The notes under the pieces were generated by a model. That model searched no databases. It had not been told where the DNA came from and saw nothing but the letters and a program-made list of their open reading frames with translations. Source: a virus. From it: a stretch of 64,000 nt of DNA. Shown here one piece after another: positions 1-8,682 of this stretch. Within the stretch, counting starts at the first letter, position 1. Each line of letters starts with the position of its first letter. The stretch lies in the IMG/VR virus record IMGVR_UViG_3300027747_001183. One strand, given 5' to 3'. The translations under genes and the position numbers were made by a program.

Positions 1-7
1 ATAAATA
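1..7 (+). promoter_or_regulatory. Probable T4-type late promoter, truncated by the window edge
   Basis: ATAAATA at 1-7 matches the 3' part of TATAAATA, upstream of the plus-strand ORF at 73 (AGGA RBS at 61). Confidence 0.45.
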
Positions 8-72
8 ATAAGAATTGATCTTTGACGTTAACCTTTTTGAAATGTTTTGTAATATCAAAAAGGAACTAATCA

Positions 73-570
73 ATGATGGATCCAAAATCAGCAGCAAAGT
101 TCGGCAACGCCCTTGGTAAGGGTCTCAGCGACCAGGTGTTCGGCATCGTCGACGACGTGCGCAATGCTAAGAACGTCAAGGCTGCCAACAACCAGAGAAT
201 AATTAATCAGAACAAGATTACCGAGATCAATAATCAGGTAGTCAAGAACAACAATGCCCTGCGTGAGCAGGCAATGCGAGAGATAGCTGCAGAGCAGGAA
301 GCAGACATGATATCTCGCATGTCACCTGCTCAGCGCAAGGCTTTCTACGAGGCGAGGAATGCCGCTGCCCATGAGGCACACATGGCAAAGGTGAGAGCCG
401 AGAGAAAGAGAGAAGAGTTCTGGGAAGCTTTCTGGGCGCTCTTTACCATATTCATAGTCTTACCATTCATTGTATGGATTGGTCTGATGATCTGGGGAAT
501 TTCTGACGTCATGGCCTGCTACAGCATGAAAGGAATAGTTCCCTTAATGAAGGCGCTGTGTGGAAGATGA
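73..570 (+). CDS. Hypothetical protein: coiled coil plus C-terminal transmembrane segment
   Basis: 165-aa ORF with RBS; hydrophobic stretch FWALFTIFIVLPFIVWIGLMIW. Confidence 0.75.
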   Translation: MMDPKSAAKFGNALGKGLSDQVFGIVDDVRNAKNVKAANNQRIINQNKITEINNQVVKNNNALREQAMREIAAEQEADMISRMSPAQRKAFYEARNAAAHEAHMAKVRAERKREEFWEAFWALFTIFIVLPFIVWIGLMIWGISDVMACYSMKGIVPLMKALCGR

Positions 571-833
571 AGAAGCATCACGAGACCAAGGATGACGAGC
601 ATCCTTGGTTGAATGGGTTTGAAAAGAAGCACGGAAACGAGAAGATAGATATACTAAAGAAGAGGATCAAGGAGCTCGACAACCTAGTCGGTACTGCATC
701 TGTGATCATCGTCTGTCAGCTAATACTGTTTCTAGGTCTGATTATCGGCTTAGTATTTTCAGGTGCAGTCTCAGTAAGTTCAGACGCTGCCAGCAGTATG
801 ATAGGATTCGTGAAGTCAAACTTTAAGAAGTGA
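558..833 (+). CDS. Hypothetical membrane protein (start probably at 567)
   Basis: ATGA overlap with the upstream stop; one long hydrophobic segment. Confidence 0.7.
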   Translation: MWKMKKHHETKDDEHPWLNGFEKKHGNEKIDILKKRIKELDNLVGTASVIIVCQLILFLGLIIGLVFSGAVSVSSDAASSMIGFVKSNFKK

Positions 834-840
834 TTTTTTA

Positions 841-2130
841 ATGACAGAAGTTTTTTGTCCACTACCATGGTATCATCTCGCTACTAAAGCAAACGGCGAT
901 CTAAGAATCTGCTGTCAGTCTAATCAAGGACCGACAAGAGGTATTCTTAAGAACGAGAGCGGCGATACGTACAATCTAAATAAACACGGAATTATGGATT
1001 CTAGAAACGCACCTCTAGCTAAAGAAGTGCGCGCAGCGATGCTCAATGGTATTAAGCACCCAGAGTGCTCTAGGTGTTGGAAAGAAGAGAGCAGTGGAAT
1101 ACGTAGCAAAAGAATAGGCTCAATCGAGCTTCATAGCATGTATGACTCATACGGCGAAGCTATTCAGGTTACTCAGCCAGATGGTACAATACCGCAAGAC
1201 TTTCCATATAGAGACTACGATCTTAGATTTGGAAACTTATGCAACTTAAAGTGTAGAATGTGCGGACCGACTGAAAGTTCAATGTGGTATGACGACTACT
1301 TTGAACAGCACGGTAAAAAGTTCGATGATACGGGTTATAGATGGCACGAGAGACCGGAGATATGGAGAGACTTAGAATCTCAGATGGAATATTCAGAGTA
1401 CGTCTATATTATTGGAGGCGAGCCTACTCTAATACAGAAGCATTTTGAATTTTTAGAGAAGTGTATTAAGAACGATCACTCTAAACGCATGAGACTTGAG
1501 TACGCATCTAACATAACTAACATTCATCAAAAGTACTTTGATATATGGAGTCAGTTCAAGAAAGTACATATAGCGTGCTCAATAGACGGTGTTGGAGCGG
1601 TGAATGACTACATACGATTTCCAAGTAAGTGGAAAGTCATTGAAAAAAACTTAGAGAAGCTAGTAGCATATTCGTCTAAGAAAATAAGAATTACGATATC
1701 ACTTACGGTGAACGCCTATAACGTGTACTATCTAGACGACGTATATAAGTGGAATCTTCAGAACCTAGAATGTAAGATTAATCCACACCCTCTCCATGGC
1801 CCGCGACTAATGAGCACAAAGATATTTCCTAAATACATTAAAGATGATATAGCTAAGAAGATAAGGTCTCTTTATCAGTGGATGAAAAATAACGGTCATG
1901 GTGATAAAGTGGAGAATATATCAAGACAAATAGAAAGTCATATACACTTTATGATGAGTGAAGATCTGTCTCAACTCATGCCAGAATTCTGGAAAGAGAC
2001 AGACAAACTAGATGCAATTAGGAGACAGAATATATCAAATTCTCTCCCAGAGCTCTATGATTTGATAAAAGATACTCGAAATTTATTAAACATAGGAGAC
2101 TACAATGGCATCAAAGAGCCTTCAGCCTGA
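841..2130 (+). CDS. Radical SAM protein with N-terminal Twitch/SPASM-like Cys domain
   Basis: CNLKCRMC (CxxxCxxC) and GGEP motif; N-terminal CPLPW..ICC..ECSRC. Confidence 0.88.
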   Translation: MTEVFCPLPWYHLATKANGDLRICCQSNQGPTRGILKNESGDTYNLNKHGIMDSRNAPLAKEVRAAMLNGIKHPECSRCWKEESSGIRSKRIGSIELHSMYDSYGEAIQVTQPDGTIPQDFPYRDYDLRFGNLCNLKCRMCGPTESSMWYDDYFEQHGKKFDDTGYRWHERPEIWRDLESQMEYSEYVYIIGGEPTLIQKHFEFLEKCIKNDHSKRMRLEYASNITNIHQKYFDIWSQFKKVHIACSIDGVGAVNDYIRFPSKWKVIEKNLEKLVAYSSKKIRITISLTVNAYNVYYLDDVYKWNLQNLECKINPHPLHGPRLMSTKIFPKYIKDDIAKKIRSLYQWMKNNGHGDKVENISRQIESHIHFMMSEDLSQLMPEFWKETDKLDAIRRQNISNSLPELYDLIKDTRNLLNIGDYNGIKEPSA

Positions 2131-2422
2131 CTCAAAATACAATAAGTTTGACATAGACCACGACGGCGTAGTGACGGACGATGAGATGAAGAAAGTGGAG
2201 GAGATGATTGAGTTTGAGAACAAAGACAAGAAAGAAGACCAGCTGCGTCAGATGGCTTGGATGGCTATGGGCAGCATGGTACTGTTTACTGGTATTCTGT
2301 TCTCACCTATCGTCGACGTCGCTAGGATAACTGCTCTCGGCAGCATTCTGCAGATGTTCTACATCGCACAGGCGGGAGTAGTTGCAACTTTCTTTGGCGC
2401 CAATGCGTACTTAAGTAAGTAA
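2105..2422 (+). CDS. Small membrane protein with EF-hand-like loop and two TM helices
   Basis: DIDHDGVVTDDE fits an EF-hand loop; two hydrophobic segments follow. Confidence 0.7.
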   Translation: MASKSLQPDSKYNKFDIDHDGVVTDDEMKKVEEMIEFENKDKKEDQLRQMAWMAMGSMVLFTGILFSPIVDVARITALGSILQMFYIAQAGVVATFFGANAYLSK

Positions 2423-3466
2423 TTACCTTAAGAACTGGTCTTCGAAGTGGTCATGCTCTACTGAGCAAGTCTTTGCACACATTCGCAGTTTTCCTTCTGC
2501 GAGTGACGGCGCGCTCCATGACTTCTCAATCTTATCAAAGAATCCGCTCTCGAAGACGCCGTTTATACCGTGCACCTTTGCATCTATATCTGATTTATCA
2601 CTTATTATGTGCTTAAACAGGTGACTGTCTTTATATTTTGATACTTCGGGATCATACATCTCGGAGCCACCTATCCAGCAGCAAGGTACCACTAGCCCTT
2701 CTGCACTAACGTACATTGAATTCTGCTTAACGACCCTGCACCCAATCTCAGTCTTATCTAAGAACTTATCCCAGCCCCCAAACTTCTGCTTAGCGCGCTC
2801 TCTAAAGTCGTTTACGTCGTGTACGTATTCTTTCTTTTCCGGCTGAGATAGGTGTTTATATACTGACATGCCGTTCTGCCAGCGCGATGTACGCTTTGGT
2901 ATAAAAGCCTTGAACCCTAGCTTCTTAGCCAGTGCTCGAGCTTCTTCTACCTGATGCTCGTTGTGCTTGAACACTAGAAAGTGCCACTCGGCTTGGCCGC
3001 CAGCACCTATGAAAGACTCCATCGCATTCATTACCCTGTCCCACTGGACGTTTTCTCTGTAGATATGGTTCGTATCTTCCAGTCCATCGACCGAGAAGGT
3101 AACTCGACCTTCATACAGCACCGATGCTAGGTCTCTCCACCACTCTGAGCTGCGCGCTCCTCCGTTGGTGAACATGCTCAGCTTCATAGATAGATTAGTA
3201 TACCTAAAATACTCAAACACTTCAAGCGTGTCTCTAGCCATTATAGGATCGCCGAAGTTTCCACACATGTACATGGCATGGAGCTGCTTGATAAAGTCTT
3301 TCTCAAAGATGTTCTTGCAGTCTTCTAGAGAAAGCTCAGCGTTCGTTAGGTGGTGCATTAGCTTTCCGCTACCGCTGCTGTCGTGTCTAGGACACATGGC
3401 GCAGCCGGCCTGACACTTCTCAGTTATCTCTAGGTGTACCTTGCGTATATCCCTGTACTTATACAT
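2423..3466 (-). CDS. Radical SAM protein with C-terminal SPASM/Twitch domain
   Basis: CQAGCAMC, GNFGDP and TNGG; C-terminal PCC..CAKTC; ATG at 3466 overlaps the upstream TGA. Confidence 0.88.
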   Translation of the reverse strand: MYKYRDIRKVHLEITEKCQAGCAMCPRHDSSGSGKLMHHLTNAELSLEDCKNIFEKDFIKQLHAMYMCGNFGDPIMARDTLEVFEYFRYTNLSMKLSMFTNGGARSSEWWRDLASVLYEGRVTFSVDGLEDTNHIYRENVQWDRVMNAMESFIGAGGQAEWHFLVFKHNEHQVEEARALAKKLGFKAFIPKRTSRWQNGMSVYKHLSQPEKKEYVHDVNDFRERAKQKFGGWDKFLDKTEIGCRVVKQNSMYVSAEGLVVPCCWIGGSEMYDPEVSKYKDSHLFKHIISDKSDIDAKVHGINGVFESGFFDKIEKSWSAPSLAEGKLRMCAKTCSVEHDHFEDQFLR

Positions 3467-3681
3467 CAGATGGTCGTCGGTGACTTCATCGGATCGTAAG
3501 GGTCGATCTTCTCTATGCGGCTGAGAGCGTCTTTCTCGTAGCGAAGAACTTGATACCATCCGAGGAAGGCAGTAAAGTCTGCAAACATGGCCGAGTAGTT
3601 CTGGTTGAAGATCTCAATGATAAAAGAAACCGCGACTACTGCTAGGATCGCGTACGAGAGCTTAATAAAGGTATGTATCAT
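3466..3681 (-). CDS. Hypothetical small membrane protein
   Basis: 71-aa ORF coupled to both neighbours; hydrophobic N-terminus. Confidence 0.65.
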   Translation of the reverse strand: MIHTFIKLSYAILAVVAVSFIIEIFNQNYSAMFADFTAFLGWYQVLRYEKDALSRIEKIDPYDPMKSPTTI

Positions 3682-3881
3682 GCCGCCCTCACTTTAAAGT
3701 TAAAGAATTTTCCATCGCGGTTGAGCTTTGAGACTGCATCTACCCAGTCTCTCGCATCGCGCTCGTCGATGAAGTGTAGACGATCCTTGACCGTCAGACC
3801 ATTCAGACGACCCTTCTTGATGAGCTTTTCAAACTCAACTACGTACTTGTATGAACCAGGGTATACAGACATTCCATTCAC
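3678..3881 (-). CDS. Hypothetical protein
   Basis: 67-aa ORF just downstream of a sigma70-like promoter and GGAG. Confidence 0.65.
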   Translation of the reverse strand: MNGMSVYPGSYKYVVEFEKLIKKGRLNGLTVKDRLHFIDERDARDWVDAVSKLNRDGKFFNFKVRAA

Positions 3882-3898
3882 TCCACTGCTATAGACTA

Positions 3899-3926
3899 AT
3901 TATACACTATTCTACAGACTTGTCAA
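3899..3926 (-). promoter_or_regulatory. Sigma70-type early promoter
   Basis: TTGACA-N16-TATAAT on the minus strand. Confidence 0.7.
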
Positions 3927-3935
3927 CAAGAGAAT

Positions 3936-4011
3936 TGGTGGGGGATGAGGGACTCGAACCCCCGATCAGACCGTTATGAGCAGCCGGCTTTTGCCACTAA
4001 GCTAATCCCCC
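3936..4011 (-). tRNA. tRNA with CAT anticodon, most likely tRNA-Ile2 (lysidine type); Met not excluded
   Basis: 76-nt cloverleaf GGGGGATTAGCTTAGTGG...GGCTG-CTCATAA-CGGTC...GGTTCGAGTCC...CCCCCACCA with encoded CCA. Confidence 0.9.
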
Positions 4012-4018
4012 GAATTTA

Positions 4019-4255
4019 TTATTTCTTAGTCCGCAGTGGGAACGTAGCCATGTAGGACTCGAACTCCTCGTGGACCATGAAGTACTCGATTACCCGCTCA
4101 AAGCTCGCGAGCGTATGCTCGAATTCTTCCTTGGTATCATATACCAAGACGTCTTTTGCGTAGTCTTGCAGTAGACCCTCGTAGCAGTACTTTAGTTCCT
4201 GCAGGACGATCGCGTCTACCTGCTCGTATTCCATATCGAACGTTACCTTTGGCAT
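4019..4255 (-). CDS. Hypothetical protein
   Basis: 78-aa ORF with GAGGTG RBS. Confidence 0.75.
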   Translation of the reverse strand: MPKVTFDMEYEQVDAIVLQELKYCYEGLLQDYAKDVLVYDTKEEFEHTLASFERVIEYFMVHEEFESYMATFPLRTKK

Positions 4256-4258
4256 ATA

Positions 4259-4495
4259 TCACCTCTTAATGTAGCAGACCCATTCTTTGTCGCCGATCTT
4301 GTACCGAGCATAGGAGTTCTTGTCCATGTCGGCACACCGGCCCTGATCCATGGAGAGGATAGCTCTAAATTCGTTGCGTGCACCAATATAGACACCATCC
4401 ACACCATCGTCTCTCTTAGCAAACTGACACGTCTCATGTCGTACCCATGCTGTATTATCCCACTGCACTGCTAGGTAGTCGCAGCTGACTGGCAT
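4259..4495 (-). CDS. Hypothetical protein
   Basis: 78-aa ORF in a packed run of small genes. Confidence 0.6.
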   Translation of the reverse strand: MPVSCDYLAVQWDNTAWVRHETCQFAKRDDGVDGVYIGARNEFRAILSMDQGRCADMDKNSYARYKIGDKEWVCYIKR

Positions 4496-4755
4496 TCCTT
4501 ATTTATGGACTCTGCCTGCATCTTGACGTTCTCTTTTACCTGCTCAAGATAAGACTGCTTCCAAGTATCTGCTTGTACTTTCAGGATATCAAGCTCACGC
4601 TTTACCCTACTAAGTTCATTAGCAAGAGAACATAACTTTGTCTCAGTTCTTCCTGCAAGTGTGTACAAATACATGTGAATACCACTAATAGGATCACTCT
4701 TTGACCATTCATTGAATAGCTCATCACATAGATGTTTTACTTCTTCATCCATCAC
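4471..4755 (-). CDS. Hypothetical coiled-coil protein
   Basis: 94-aa ORF; GGAG RBS and TGATG coupling. Confidence 0.65.
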   Translation of the reverse strand: MMDEEVKHLCDELFNEWSKSDPISGIHMYLYTLAGRTETKLCSLANELSRVKRELDILKVQADTWKQSYLEQVKENVKMQAESINKECQSAATT

Positions 4756-4985
4756 TCTACTCCAAAATATTTCTTTATATCATCACGAATCTGTTGAGCA
4801 GTGCCATCAATCGTAGCATGAGCATCACACGATTCCAAGCATTCACGCACAATCAACTTGGCAAACTTCTCGACATCTTCTTGTTCGGCATGGCCATTAA
4901 TGAAGTAGTGTCTAGGTGTTTCATGATCTACATAGTTCAACAACCCAGCATCAAGTGCGAGTTTTATAAATCTATCGTTCATCAC
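4752..4985 (-). CDS. Hypothetical protein
   Basis: 77-aa ORF; GGAG RBS; coupled to neighbours. Confidence 0.7.
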   Translation of the reverse strand: MMNDRFIKLALDAGLLNYVDHETPRHYFINGHAEQEDVEKFAKLIVRECLESCDAHATIDGTAQQIRDDIKKYFGVE

Positions 4986-5185
4986 TCTACTCCCTTGATG
5001 GTTAGTGTGGCTTCTCTGAGGCGGTATTCATTGTCTAACTCCTTGATTAGGTCGCGTATGAACTGACGCCAGTGCTCTTTCTGATCTTCATTGTAGTGGG
5101 TGGCCCACTTGCCACCGTTGTTACCCAGAGCAACTCGAATAGCAAACTCCTCGATCTTATCGTCGCTCATCACGCCACCTTCCAT
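4982..5185 (-). CDS. Hypothetical protein (start probably at 5170)
   Basis: ORF coupled to neighbours. Confidence 0.65.
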   Translation of the reverse strand: MEGGVMSDDKIEEFAIRVALGNNGGKWATHYNEDQKEHWRQFIRDLIKELDNEYRLREATLTIKGVE

Positions 5186-5475
5186 GTATACTCATCCTGC
5201 GTCATGACAGTCTCCCTGCCGTCGTACTCGTCGATGCGGTACAGAGTCCCCTCTGGGATCTCGCGTATATACAGGTCAGAGAAAGCACTGTCTGCCTCCT
5301 CACCCAGCTCCTCGACTACCTGCACCAAGATAGGGTCTGCACGATCTTCCTCCAGATCATACCGAGTAAAGGCGTCGTGCACTGGCAGTCCCTTGAGCTC
5401 CCAGTAGCGAGCGACTGCCTTGTCAGACAGCCCAAAGCCGCCGTAGCAGCCGTTGTATACGATCTTAGTCATCAC
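5170..5475 (-). CDS. Conserved phage hypothetical protein
   Basis: KIVYNGCYGGFGLS...DPILVQVVEELG...IDEYDGRE pattern, familiar from phage genomes. Confidence 0.8.
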   Translation of the reverse strand: MMTKIVYNGCYGGFGLSDKAVARYWELKGLPVHDAFTRYDLEEDRADPILVQVVEELGEEADSAFSDLYIREIPEGTLYRIDEYDGRETVMTQDEYTWKVA

Positions 5476-5663
5476 TTCCCTCCAAACAAGTTCTTGCCCT
5501 CGATGCAGATCGTGTGGTCGATATAGACACCACCCAGAGTCTCACACGCAAACTTTAAGCTGGCGCTGCGCTGATAGTCGTCATAGACTAATAAACCCAT
5601 CAGCAAGAAGGGGCCTACCATTACCAACGGCATTAGTACGTAGTCAACTATGATCTTCTTCAT
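5472..5663 (-). CDS. Small membrane protein
   Basis: Likely start MKKIIVDY; one TM helix followed by C..GG..C. Confidence 0.6.
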   Translation of the reverse strand: MKKIIVDYVLMPLVMVGPFLLMGLLVYDDYQRSASLKFACETLGGVYIDHTICIEGKNLFGGK

Positions 5664-5664
5664 C

Positions 5665-6597
5665 TCAGGCCCCCGCAAATTCGAGGGCCTTCTGGAGCGC
5701 CTGCACCTTGCGGTTGCGATTGCCGCCGAACCAAGCCGACTGAAGCCGAGTATCTGCACTGTGGCCTAGAATGTGGTCAGTGGTATACGTGACCGCATTG
5801 AATGCCTGCCACCACGTACCCCTGCCGAACTCTGCACCCGGCTGTGTCTCGAGCACCTCGAACGCCTGAGTCGCAGGGCGCGAGAGGATGTCGTTGTCCT
5901 TCTTCGTCATCGCTGGGAAGATGGTGCGCAGGTAGTCCACGACGGTGTCGGCAGTGAAGTTCTTGCTCGAGAGGAACTCAGCGGCCTCTTGATAGGTGCC
6001 GAGAGACTTACGAGCGATGCCGAGAGTGCGCTTGACCATCTCAGGGTTGAACTCACGACGGTGGTTGAGTCGCACCATCATGTCGAACTGGCCAGCCAGC
6101 GAGAGAGTCAGCGTGTTGTTGCAGACCACTCGGATGGCGGTGAAGCGGATGTCGATGCACTTGCCGTACTGGTGCGGGTTGGAGAAGAGGAGGTAGGGCT
6201 CTACGCGGTCCTCGCCTAGGATGGTAAAGGAGTCCTTCACCTTCGCGAGTGCCCAGATGTTGGTGCCGCCCTTGAGTGAGCCGGCAGTGTGCATCTCCAT
6301 GTCGCCTTCCATGACGAACTCGTTGAAGAACTCAAATGCCTCGTGGTTCTGCACTGGGTTCCAGTCTTCAGAGACCATCGTGAGGATCTTGTTGTCGGAC
6401 GAGCGGACGAGAGCCTGAGAGGGAGTAGGTACTTTCTCGCCGGCTACCTCGACGAATGTCTGGTACTTGTCGACCGTCCAGTCGAGTCCAGCCTTCTCAA
6501 GCATCTGGGCCGGTGTGAGGTCGTTGTGGACGGGAACTCCGAGGCCGTGCCAAGGGGTCTCGCCTGCGTATGCCATAGTCTCAACTTCGTGTGCCAT
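5665..6597 (-). CDS. DUF932 family protein
   Basis: MAHEVETMAYAGETPWHGLG and IRVVCNNTL signatures. Confidence 0.88.
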   Translation of the reverse strand: MAHEVETMAYAGETPWHGLGVPVHNDLTPAQMLEKAGLDWTVDKYQTFVEVAGEKVPTPSQALVRSSDNKILTMVSEDWNPVQNHEAFEFFNEFVMEGDMEMHTAGSLKGGTNIWALAKVKDSFTILGEDRVEPYLLFSNPHQYGKCIDIRFTAIRVVCNNTLTLSLAGQFDMMVRLNHRREFNPEMVKRTLGIARKSLGTYQEAAEFLSSKNFTADTVVDYLRTIFPAMTKKDNDILSRPATQAFEVLETQPGAEFGRGTWWQAFNAVTYTTDHILGHSADTRLQSAWFGGNRNRKVQALQKALEFAGA

Positions 6598-6630
6598 TGT
6601 GTATCTCCGTTTGGTTTAGCTTGTATTCTG

Positions 6631-6659
6631 ATATTAGTACTTTTTTCAAAAAATGTCAA
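6631..6659 (-). promoter_or_regulatory. Sigma70-type early promoter (repeat family)
   Basis: TTGACA-N17-TAATAT followed by a conserved AATA(C/T)AAGC and a GGAG RBS. Confidence 0.8.
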
Positions 6660-6850
6660 CCGTTGTTTTCAACTGGCTGAGAAAAAAGTACAGTCTCGTG
6701 GATCTGAAAGTCGCTCTTGCCGTACTCGACATTGTGTCGGCCGTACTCGTGAGCGCCGGCCCACGAGTCAAACACCATCGGCTTTCCGATCATGCGACCA
6801 GTCGTACCATCGTGGTTGACTTTATGAAACGTGAGGACGAAGTAGCTCAT
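6656..6850 (-). CDS. Hypothetical protein
   Basis: Likely start MSYFVL, with ATGA overlap to the upstream gene. Confidence 0.6.
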   Translation of the reverse strand: MSYFVLTFHKVNHDGTTGRMIGKPMVFDSWAGAHEYGRHNVEYGKSDFQIHETVLFSQPVENNG

Positions 6851-7161
6851 GCTGCCACCAGCATGTTGAGTGGAACGTTGTAGAGCGCAGTCGCTGGAAC
6901 TCGCTGCATCTTGGCGTTGTAGGCCGTGCCAGCCACTGGACACTCGACCACGGCTTTCTTGATCTTGATCGACTTGATCACGCCGGTGTAGTCCACTCCG
7001 CGGCTGGAGAAATTGACCTTCGTACCTGCCGTGAGTGCGCGGCGGTTCATGCGAGCCAGACGATCCCGACCGATCAGGAGAGCCTGATAGATTTGGTCGA
7101 TGTCGGCTTGGGTGGCTGAGTTGCAGATGAACTCTACAGAGGACTTGAGCTTGGCATTCAT
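6847..7161 (-). CDS. Hypothetical protein
   Basis: 104-aa ORF with AGGAG RBS behind an early promoter. Confidence 0.8.
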   Translation of the reverse strand: MNAKLKSSVEFICNSATQADIDQIYQALLIGRDRLARMNRRALTAGTKVNFSSRGVDYTGVIKSIKIKKAVVECPVAGTAYNAKMQRVPATALYNVPLNMLVAA

Positions 7162-7192
7162 GGTAGACTCCTTTGGTTTAGCTTATATTCTT

Positions 7193-7221
7193 ATATTAGT
7201 ATTTTTTTGATAAAATGTCAA
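7193..7221 (-). promoter_or_regulatory. Sigma70-type early promoter (repeat family)
   Basis: TTGACA-N17-TAATAT. Confidence 0.8.
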
Positions 7222-7272
7222 CAAAAAAATGGCATTTTTATGAAAAAAATGCCATTGAAAAGATTGAGTTTT

Positions 7273-7482
7273 TTATAGGAAGACGTTTTGGTGTGGATAG
7301 CCAATTTCGTCAAGTGCGGCGAGTGCCGATTTTTGGTTAGGGAATTCGAGGGTTACAGTTTGGTTGGGTAGGTCGATGTTGAGGTTGTGAGATGATACGA
7401 GTTTGGCAGAATAGGCGTTTAAGAAGTCGAGGAAGTCGAAGAGGTCGGTGGTGGTGGGGAGGTCGATTTTGATGAATGTCAT
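7273..7482 (-). CDS. Hypothetical protein
   Basis: 69-aa ORF with GGAG RBS and its own promoter. Confidence 0.75.
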   Translation of the reverse strand: MTFIKIDLPTTTDLFDFLDFLNAYSAKLVSSHNLNIDLPNQTVTLEFPNQKSALAALDEIGYPHQNVFL

Positions 7483-7508
7483 TTTGTATCTCCATTGGTT
7501 ATATTATT

Positions 7509-7537
7509 AATATAAGCTTTTTTGATAAAAAAGTACA
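7509..7537 (-). promoter_or_regulatory. Early promoter, GTGTAC -35 variant
   Basis: TGTACT-N17-TATATT with the same downstream context as the other copies. Confidence 0.65.
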
Positions 7538-7594
7538 CAAAAAAACAGCACTTTTAACAAAAAAAGTGCCGTTGAAAAGATTGAGTTTTTTCTG

Positions 7595-8680
7595 TCACAA
7601 TCGGGGTAGGGAGCCTCCCCTGTGAAGCTCCGTGGTATTGCAGTGGATTCCACCATCAAAAAAGAATCTGTGTCTCAGGGGTGATATGTGTGGCACTATG
7701 CCATGCTTCTCAAAGGCATCAAAAGCCTGCTTGTTATAAGAAGAAACTATGACGTTCTTCTCATCTATTGTCAAAATATTGACATCAAATATGTTTTCTC
7801 TGATATGCTTAGACCAGTCATTCATCCACTTCTCTACGTACTCTACGAGCTCGTCATCGTCCTGAGCTCTAGGCATGTACCACTTTCCATGGTTCTTCTT
7901 CTTTGAAGCAAGAAAATCATTCATTGAATTTAGTCTGCTGTTCTTGAAGTAGATGACTTCCCATCCGGGGAACGTCTTACTATAAGTGTCTGGGCTATAG
8001 ACTGAGAATATAAGACCCGGCTTTACTGGATTAAAGCAGCCATCTGTATGACCACCACTCGTTACAGGAATGACGCTGTAGTCTCTAAGCCAGTTCTCCC
8101 ACACGTAGTCTACAGCGTCTATCATCTCAAAGTCGGTAAGCTTCTTGCTCGATCCAAAGAGTATATCTTTGCCAGTTCTCCATATACCGTTTAGCCTAAT
8201 TAGGCTTAAAACATCATCGCTCTCACCTCGAATTATCTTATTTCCGTTTGACTCAACATAGTCAAATACATTATCAAAGCACGAACTTAAGTTTTCTTTT
8301 TTGATGTCTTCAAGACTTAGCTTTATAGCACACTGTCTATTCTGCTTTATAACAATCTGATCGGGTGGAAATGAAAAGAACTTATCTCCTATCATTATTA
8401 TCTGGTCTCTAGGTACAGCGGAGACTGCAGGTGGTATGCTTATACCCTTTGATATATACTTTTCTGTATCTACTAGCGGCACCCTAGGGCGCAATACGTC
8501 TATGTTAAACGTCTTTAAGATGGAGATTAGTTTCTGCTTGTCTTCTTCCACCTCTATCGCAATCTGCTCAAACAGATTGCGAAGCCTACGGTTCTTCATA
8601 AAGCTAAAGAACTCAGGTGGGTAGCTTCTTCCTACCACGCATACCTTGAGTGGGTCCCACTCTTGATTCACTGTTAACAT
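7595..8680 (-). CDS. Amidinotransferase-like (pentein fold) protein
   Basis: EWDPLKVCVVG start, PRD, GGHTDG (His) and GGIHCNT (Cys) as in glycine/inosamine amidinotransferases. Confidence 0.82.
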   Translation of the reverse strand: MLTVNQEWDPLKVCVVGRSYPPEFFSFMKNRRLRNLFEQIAIEVEEDKQKLISILKTFNIDVLRPRVPLVDTEKYISKGISIPPAVSAVPRDQIIMIGDKFFSFPPDQIVIKQNRQCAIKLSLEDIKKENLSSCFDNVFDYVESNGNKIIRGESDDVLSLIRLNGIWRTGKDILFGSSKKLTDFEMIDAVDYVWENWLRDYSVIPVTSGGHTDGCFNPVKPGLIFSVYSPDTYSKTFPGWEVIYFKNSRLNSMNDFLASKKKNHGKWYMPRAQDDDELVEYVEKWMNDWSKHIRENIFDVNILTIDEKNVIVSSYNKQAFDAFEKHGIVPHISPLRHRFFFDGGIHCNTTELHRGGSLPRL

Positions 8681-8682
8681 GT

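Noticed and set aside
3466-5663. Small ORFs as RiPP precursors for the radical SAM enzymes
   Set aside because: They look like ordinary early phage genes, with no leader/core pattern
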